Shown in pieces: positions 6,241 through 11,562 of a DNA stretch of 11,562 nt (position 1 is the first letter of the stretch; each line of letters starts with the position of its first letter). The notes below the pieces were generated by a model. The model ran no database searches, was not told the origin of the DNA, and saw only the letters and a program-made list of their open reading frames with translations. The stretch is taken from positions 1-11,562 of the forward strand of contig JAYGDX010000136.1 of NCBI GenBank assembly GCA_046582655.1, given 5' to 3'. The DNA is from Candidatus Poribacteria bacterium (GTDB lineage Bacteria; Poribacteria; WGA-4E; UBA9662). The position numbers and the translations under genes were made by a program.

Positions 6241-7269
6241 CTATACTTCATAGGTTTGCCAAGTGCCAGTACACCCATGGCCACATCGAACGTGGAGAAG
6301 GCCTACAGATGGCTCAGCAATATAGCCGGAAATTGAATGCATCCCTACTGCACCGTGACGGCAAATCCCTGCAGGGTCACCAAGATGATCAGCCAGAATC
6401 TCTTTCATCGTCTCAACGGAAATTTGTCCCCAGTTCTGTTTGATCAGGCTACGCATCCGACTCAATCTAGAGGCGGAATCTTTTAACGAATGGGTTTCAT
6501 GATTGATAAATTCAGGTGTCATATAATGGTTAGCGTGTAGCAAATGGTCGGGCGAATCATCATGAAATAGGGCGATGCCCGTGGGATGGATCTCTACATC
6601 GCGAATCTGGCCGTGACCATCACAGATAACCTTATTAGCTGCCGAACATGTCCTGTGTTGAGCAAGTAGATCTACGCAGGCCTCAACATCTGGCAGTTCA
6701 AGCAGGATTCGCTTCAGAGGATAGTGAGGCAGTCCAAATTGCCACTGGAAATCGTATAGCGCATTAGCGAAATGCGCCACACCATGCTGGTTCATGCCAG
6801 AGTAACCAAGTTGGCCAGCGAAAGTAAACATTAAGGCACGTGGCTTACCTCCATTCGGTTTGACTCGAAGTAGGATAGCAATGTCTGCGTATTCCGGTTC
6901 AAGATCTTGGTTCTGCCCGGCCAGTGTTTTTCCGTTATTTGTTGCCGCCCTCGTCAGGGCAAATGCCGTACATCCGCCGTCTGGTTGTCGCGCCGCTTCA
7001 GCGCGAGCCTGACACAATACTGCTTCCTCAAAACTGATATCAGCTCCTTCAGCTAATCCTTTAATTTCTTCTACCAAGTCAGAGCTCAAAGCTTTGATCG
7101 ATGGTAAAAACGCCATGGCATTTCTGCAAAGTATGTCTCGCGATATTTTTGTCAGTTTCTCAATCCAGACCAGGTACTTTTTGACAAGGTCACTTGCTTG
7201 CGCGCCATGCTGATACCCCATTTCGTAGGGAGAACCAGATACTTCAATTAATGGAAATTGGTTGGGCAT
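6241..7269 (-). CDS. C45 family autoproteolytic acyltransferase/hydrolase (acyl-CoA:6-APA acyltransferase-like Ntn hydrolase)
   Basis: Motifs SGSPYEMGYQHG, DGG|CTAF (putative nucleophile Cys100, codon 6972-6970), LAGQNQD, GMNQHGV, LHANHY and S..RL.R. GGAG RBS 8 nt upstream. Confidence 0.92.
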   Translation of the reverse strand: MPNQFPLIEVSGSPYEMGYQHGAQASDLVKKYLVWIEKLTKISRDILCRNAMAFLPSIKALSSDLVEEIKGLAEGADISFEEAVLCQARAEAARQPDGGCTAFALTRAATNNGKTLAGQNQDLEPEYADIAILLRVKPNGGKPRALMFTFAGQLGYSGMNQHGVAHFANALYDFQWQFGLPHYPLKRILLELPDVEACVDLLAQHRTCSAANKVICDGHGQIRDVEIHPTGIALFHDDSPDHLLHANHYMTPEFINHETHSLKDSASRLSRMRSLIKQNWGQISVETMKEILADHLGDPAGICRHGAVGMHSISGYIAEPSVGLLHVRCGHGCTGTWQTYEV

Positions 7270-7299
7270 TCGCTTAACTCCATTTATGTGGCAACGATG

Positions 7300-7487
7300 T
7301 CAATCAGATTCAGCCGCTTTGCACCAACGCAGATGAATATTTTCGGCGTTTAATTCTTCCGCGCCCCTCCATGCAGCATATGGATCTACTCCATTAATGG
7401 GAATGACACATCGGTAATCTGCCATAGCTGGTGATTCTTTCCATGGAAGAAACGACCAAGCATCACAGTCTCAGCGTTTGATATCAT
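7300..7487 (-). pseudogene. Possible frameshifted gene remnant or small ORF between the phosphoesterase and C45 genes
   Basis: ATG 7487 has AGGA 6 nt upstream and opens a 33-aa ORF to 7386. An overlapping frame 7470-7300 is open for 56 codons (DCDAWSFLPWKESPAMADYRCVIPINGVDPYAAWRGAEELNAENIHLRWCKAAESD) with an internal ATG at 7425. Confidence 0.3.
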
Positions 7488-7505
7488 GATTGATCCTAAC
7501 TTTCT

Positions 7506-8555
7506 CTACTCATTGTTTTGTTTGAAAGAGGGACAGCCAATTTCCAACTGATTTGTTTGACCATTTTCGAATATAATTGTGAGACTGAGTGTTTCTGAAG
7601 ATGCGATTTGTTCAATATCGTTAGCAGATAACTCGTACAAATGTGGGGAGAGCCGTTTTGTTGAATCCGAAAATGGATTCAGCGGTTGCAATTTGCCGAT
7701 ATCTTCAATATGGACTTGTGTTTCCGGTGAAGCGTCGAAGACGTTGATAAAATGACGATCAGTCTCTTCTTGAGTATACCATGAAGCTAGTTGTGATTGA
7801 CCTTCCTGAAGAGTTACGTATTGACTTTCAATTTGTCCCGAATTAATATCAATAACTCGAAACCCCTGCGGTTCACCGGAAACGTTTGGACTCTTCAGGC
7901 CGTTTCGCCACCATCCCCCAGCCACAGCAGCCGTCGTCAGTATATGAATCCCCTCAACATGGTGTCGACAATTCTCGTGATCATGACCATGAAGTGTGGC
8001 CACGTTTTCGAAGGGCTTAAGTAGATTCAGTACCTTGTCAGCATCTGTTACTTCATTGACCGGAAATTCCATGCCTATCTTTTGACCGAAACGAAAAGGT
8101 GCAGAAGTCGATAGTGCACAATGGCTGGCCAAGATAACTGGCATCTGTTTAGGAATTCCTGCCAGATCCGTTGCCAACCATTCCAAATTTTGTTGGTCAG
8201 CAACGAAATACCAATTGTGTGGATGTTCATCTGTTGGCTCGAAATACCTGACTGTATCGAATATCACAAAATGGATATCATGGTCATCAAAACTGTGCGA
8301 AAATTGCCCTGCTTCTTCTGGGATTAGGGATCCGTTGCAAATCTCATGGTTGCCGTTTACCTGATAAACTGGTACTGGCAATTCTTTAATCATTTCATAA
8401 TAGGTGTTAACGGCTTCAGTGGTAACCCCTAAATCACCGCCGTTAATGAGCAGTTGAGGGTCGAAGGCTAACATTCTGTCCAAGCATTTCTCAAAGCCGA
8501 TAATAGAGTCTTTGTTTTCAAGGAGGTGGATATCTGTGAAAAATACGAAACGCAT
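7506..8555 (-). CDS. Calcineurin-like metallophosphoesterase (CpdA/Icc-like superfamily)
   Basis: All five metal-binding motifs are present: TDIH, GGDL, GNHE, SH and GHDHE, followed by AVAGGWW...GEPQGF. GAGGA RBS. No signal peptide. Confidence 0.92.
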   Translation of the reverse strand: MRFVFFTDIHLLENKDSIIGFEKCLDRMLAFDPQLLINGGDLGVTTEAVNTYYEMIKELPVPVYQVNGNHEICNGSLIPEEAGQFSHSFDDHDIHFVIFDTVRYFEPTDEHPHNWYFVADQQNLEWLATDLAGIPKQMPVILASHCALSTSAPFRFGQKIGMEFPVNEVTDADKVLNLLKPFENVATLHGHDHENCRHHVEGIHILTTAAVAGGWWRNGLKSPNVSGEPQGFRVIDINSGQIESQYVTLQEGQSQLASWYTQEETDRHFINVFDASPETQVHIEDIGKLQPLNPFSDSTKRLSPHLYELSANDIEQIASSETLSLTIIFENGQTNQLEIGCPSFKQNNE

Positions 8556-8573
8556 ACAATTCCTCTCTACTGT

Positions 8574-9719
8574 TTAGATAATCAAGTGATAGCCGTTGGT
8601 CCAAAAAACCATCAGAATTCCTTGTAGGATTGCCAAGGTGGTACCCAATACCCAATTCCAAATGGGATTTTCTGATATCTTGGCAAACATCAGGTAAAAT
8701 GGAAAGACTACCAGCACATATCTTAGCATACTGTTCATACATACCTTACCAGCCAATGGAGGAAAAAGTAGTAGAATCATGCCCATTAGCCAAAACGAAA
8801 AACCGATTTTTCTGATGCCGATCGAAAGAACAACAATAGCTGTAATTGAAAAAAGTCCATTGAAAAGATGGAGTGAATCTCCATCTGCCAAACTCCCCAA
8901 TAGTACACTGAATGGATTTGTCCATTCGTGTTTCCAACCAGTTTGCTGGATATGCGAGAATGCCAGAAAATCACCTGTCAAACGATAGTTCAACGCGGCA
9001 AAAAGCGAGAGACCTATTGGCACAAGTGACAGAAATAGAATGTCTGCGCGAACGTTGGCTACCTTAAAATCCTTTGAATGGATATATTCGAAAAACAAAG
9101 GTAGAGAGACAAATACCCCAATTGATCTGGTCAAAGCGGTCAATCCTCCGAAAAATCCCGCCCTAAACCACTTGTTGCCCCTGGCATAATAGAAAGAACC
9201 CAACATACAAGCTACAAATAAGGATTCCGAAAAGACGGCTGAAAAGATGAAGGCTGTTGGAAACAGGAAAAGAAACTTGATCGAATCCAGCGCAATCTCC
9301 GAATTCACTTCACGTTTGACCAGCTTGTAAAGGAAGATGCACGAGACTAAAAGGGCAATATTAGATACAATAATGCCGCCGATATAGTTATTTTGAATAA
9401 CCCACCCTATAATCCGCATTAAAAACGGATATAAAGGAAAAAACCCGTAGTTGGCTCCACCATGAGAATTAATATCAGTTGTATACCAATTTTGCGCGAT
9501 ATTCAGATACCAACCAGTATCCCACACGCCCCAGATGTCCAACCAAATAATTTTTAAGACATCGTTTCTACCACTGCCTCGATGGGATTCCAGTACGATC
9601 CGTGACGTCACTCCGATAATGGTTAAAATAGTTCTTGTTACAAAAAAAAATGAAAGTGTTAACTTTACCTCTGGTTTGGCAAAAGTGGTTTTAGCAAAAG
9701 TTTTAATCCAGCTTATCAT
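8574..9719 (-). CDS. Polytopic GT-C mannosyltransferase, PIG-V/GT76-like
   Basis: Many hydrophobic segments. Motifs WDTGWYLNIAQNWY, FFPLYP, FPTAFIFSAVFSESLF, TRSIG and RYVLVVFP match what I recognise as the GPI mannosyltransferase 2 family and its bacterial homologues. Confidence 0.85.
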   Translation of the reverse strand: MISWIKTFAKTTFAKPEVKLTLSFFFVTRTILTIIGVTSRIVLESHRGSGRNDVLKIIWLDIWGVWDTGWYLNIAQNWYTTDINSHGGANYGFFPLYPFLMRIIGWVIQNNYIGGIIVSNIALLVSCIFLYKLVKREVNSEIALDSIKFLFLFPTAFIFSAVFSESLFVACMLGSFYYARGNKWFRAGFFGGLTALTRSIGVFVSLPLFFEYIHSKDFKVANVRADILFLSLVPIGLSLFAALNYRLTGDFLAFSHIQQTGWKHEWTNPFSVLLGSLADGDSLHLFNGLFSITAIVVLSIGIRKIGFSFWLMGMILLLFPPLAGKVCMNSMLRYVLVVFPFYLMFAKISENPIWNWVLGTTLAILQGILMVFWTNGYHLII

Positions 9720-9752
9720 CTACATGCATTTACACAGATCCCAACCCTATTC

Positions 9753-10643
9753 CTATTGCGAACGAGCGAGCCTGGCTTTCTGCTCTTCTAATATTTTTTG
9801 CTCATGCTTTACACGGTCAGGGACAATCCGTTGACGTGGTGCTGTTGGTTGAAAATCAAGCCGATCCACTTCTAGCCCCTCCAAGATGGCTAATTCAACT
9901 GGAGAAAACTCGTCTGCTACTTTTCGATTAAAGTTCATTGGTTCCTTTAATGCCACAGGAGGATTGGCGATGAAACGAGCTCTACCTGAAGGATTTTGTG
10001 ATCCCGCGTGCAGCACAAACGGGTGGACTAGAACTACATCACCAGCCTGACCGGTAATTTCTATGAAGTCTTGGCAGTTATGAACAAATTGGCCAAATCC
10101 TGCTTCATGTGGCAAAAGACCTTGCGGGTTTCCAAGGAGATGTTTGGCAATATGCTTCACCGAATCGCAAGCCACAAAAGTTCCACCGCTCTGTGGTTGG
10201 ATATCTGACCAGATCACGATAGTCAGCAAACCTTGTTCTGGACTGTCCAAAAAATGACGGAAAAAATCGCCATCCTTGTGCCAGCCGCCAACGCTTGATG
10301 ACGGAGGCTGCCATTCTCGATCAGCACCGGCAGAGAAATTGATGATAAATCCATCTCTCCAGTGCAGGTTAGGGTTGGCCAATCGATTCTGACCACCCAG
10401 CAAATCACAGATAACATCATAGGTATATGGAGAGACAGATTGAATAGGAACGCTATTTATGGATGGCATGTGGATGCGTTCCTCTTGCCAAGTCGACGAA
10501 TCATCTGGATTATATCCTAACCTTTTGAAGGCAAACTCCCGCCATTCTGCAGCCAGGTCTTTGGGGAATGCCTGACTGATGACAATGTGCCCTTTATCGA
10601 TGAAGTGCTGTGTCTGCTCCTTGGTTAGTACTTTACATCCCAT
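9753..10643 (-). CDS. Phytanoyl-CoA dioxygenase (PhyH)-like Fe(II)/2-oxoglutarate oxygenase
   Basis: N-terminal LT.EQ..HF...G, the HxD motif in WHKDG, DI.P..GGT, G.AGDVVLVHP..LHAGS.N (distal His) and a downstream Arg. Confidence 0.88.
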   Translation of the reverse strand: MGCKVLTKEQTQHFIDKGHIVISQAFPKDLAAEWREFAFKRLGYNPDDSSTWQEERIHMPSINSVPIQSVSPYTYDVICDLLGGQNRLANPNLHWRDGFIINFSAGADREWQPPSSSVGGWHKDGDFFRHFLDSPEQGLLTIVIWSDIQPQSGGTFVACDSVKHIAKHLLGNPQGLLPHEAGFGQFVHNCQDFIEITGQAGDVVLVHPFVLHAGSQNPSGRARFIANPPVALKEPMNFNRKVADEFSPVELAILEGLEVDRLDFQPTAPRQRIVPDRVKHEQKILEEQKARLARSQ

Positions 10644-10681
10644 TCTATATCGAACCTTAATTGCACTTCTCAGAATAAGTT

Positions 10682-11479
10682 CTAATCTGGTTTCTCCAAT
10701 CTTAACCTACTTAATACATCACGCACTTGTGCTAGTTGGATGGCAACCTCAGCGTATTCGTTGACAGCTGAATGGTGCTCGATACTATAGTAACCCTGGT
10801 AGTCAGCGTCCCAGAGATTTGTCAGTTTTTCTGTCAATTGATTTTGACAAATATTCCAATCGATATGCGTATGACAGACCCAAGGCGCGATATTCTTATC
10901 TGCTTCTGCGATTTCGTCCGGTGTACCATGCCATCCTCCGATATGACAGGATATGCCAAATCCCGGATGGTCAACAGCTTCATATACCTTCTTGAGATCC
11001 TCCCATTTGGTTTCAGGTCCCCAATGGTTTTCAATTCCGACCTTGAAACCTCGGTCTTGTGCCTGTTGGGCGTACTCACGGTACCGTTGAACAATAAAAT
11101 CAAGTTGCTCTTCCGACCAGGATTGGTTCCTCCCACCAGCGTCAATTCGAACAAACTTCGCGCCCAAAATATCAGCAGATTTTAAATAGGCGATGGCATT
11201 TTGATAGTTCTGTTCCCGCATATCAGCATCATCTTCCCAAATATGCACGCCATCAACACACAGATCAGCCAAAATCAAGTTGCGCTCATCGATAGCGGAG
11301 CGGACTTTTCCTAGATAATCTTCGTCTAAACTCAGCAGAAAGCCGCTCCAAATATCAACCGCATCCAAGTGATAGCGATATTTGCACGTTTCCAAATACC
11401 CAAAAACGTCCATCTTACTTTGGCTTAATAATCCACGAAACGAATAAGAAAGAACTGAAATATTCATATCCTGCCTCAT
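10682..11479 (-). CDS. Sugar phosphate isomerase/epimerase family protein (xylose isomerase-like / AP endonuclease 2 TIM barrel)
   Basis: Motifs SYSF, LGAKFVRIDAG, GIENHWG, VDHP.FG and YQGYYSIEH. The true start may be ATG 11467, which has GAGG 6 nt upstream. Confidence 0.88.
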   Translation of the reverse strand: MRQDMNISVLSYSFRGLLSQSKMDVFGYLETCKYRYHLDAVDIWSGFLLSLDEDYLGKVRSAIDERNLILADLCVDGVHIWEDDADMREQNYQNAIAYLKSADILGAKFVRIDAGGRNQSWSEEQLDFIVQRYREYAQQAQDRGFKVGIENHWGPETKWEDLKKVYEAVDHPGFGISCHIGGWHGTPDEIAEADKNIAPWVCHTHIDWNICQNQLTEKLTNLWDADYQGYYSIEHHSAVNEYAEVAIQLAQVRDVLSRLRLEKPD

Positions 11480-11562
11480 ACTATTTTATTTATGATTAGA
11501 AATTACGCCAATTATTACATACGGAGATTCTTAAGTTGCTGATATCTGGCACACAACACCAA

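Noticed and set aside
6241..10643. Penicillin/beta-lactam biosynthesis (C45 acyltransferase plus Fe/2OG oxygenase)
   Set aside because: The oxygenase is PhyH-like, not IPNS-like. No ACV synthetase or NRPS is present, and C45 proteins are widespread outside beta-lactam producers.
5482..11185. Remaining short ORFs (5482-5694, 7797-8024, 8121-8327, 8518-8988 group, 9535-9834, 10105-10420, 10579-10764, 10772-11185, 10834-11154)
   Set aside because: All overlap confidently assigned genes. The internal repeat in 5482-5694 only mirrors the dockerin pair on the opposite strand.

Overview
Bacterial chromosomal window with two parts. The left part is a divergent pair of secreted multidomain proteins: a 1134-aa subtilisin (S8) protease on the minus strand and a WG-repeat/dockerin-like protein on the plus strand. 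Both end in the same 96-aa 'LLPNYPNP[F/S]NPETWIPF...ILK' FlgD-Ig / T9SS-type-A-like C-terminal domain. The right part is a co-oriented minus-strand cluster: xylose-isomerase-like TIM barrel, PhyH-like Fe(II)/2OG dioxygenase, PIG-V/GT76-like membrane mannosyltransferase, calcineurin-like metallophosphoesterase and C45 Ntn-hydrolase/acyltransferase. It converges on the WG gene at a perfect 17-bp hairpin. The C-terminal domain style, the AAP linker, the dockerin-like pairs and PhyH suggest Candidatus Poribacteria; this is inference and has not been verified. I see no rRNA, tRNA, CRISPR array or intact mobile element. The most notable signals are the shared C-terminal sorting module, the nested and recent duplications in the WG-repeat array, an inserted domain that splits the subtilase, the odd five-enzyme cluster and three possible decayed or micro ORFs.
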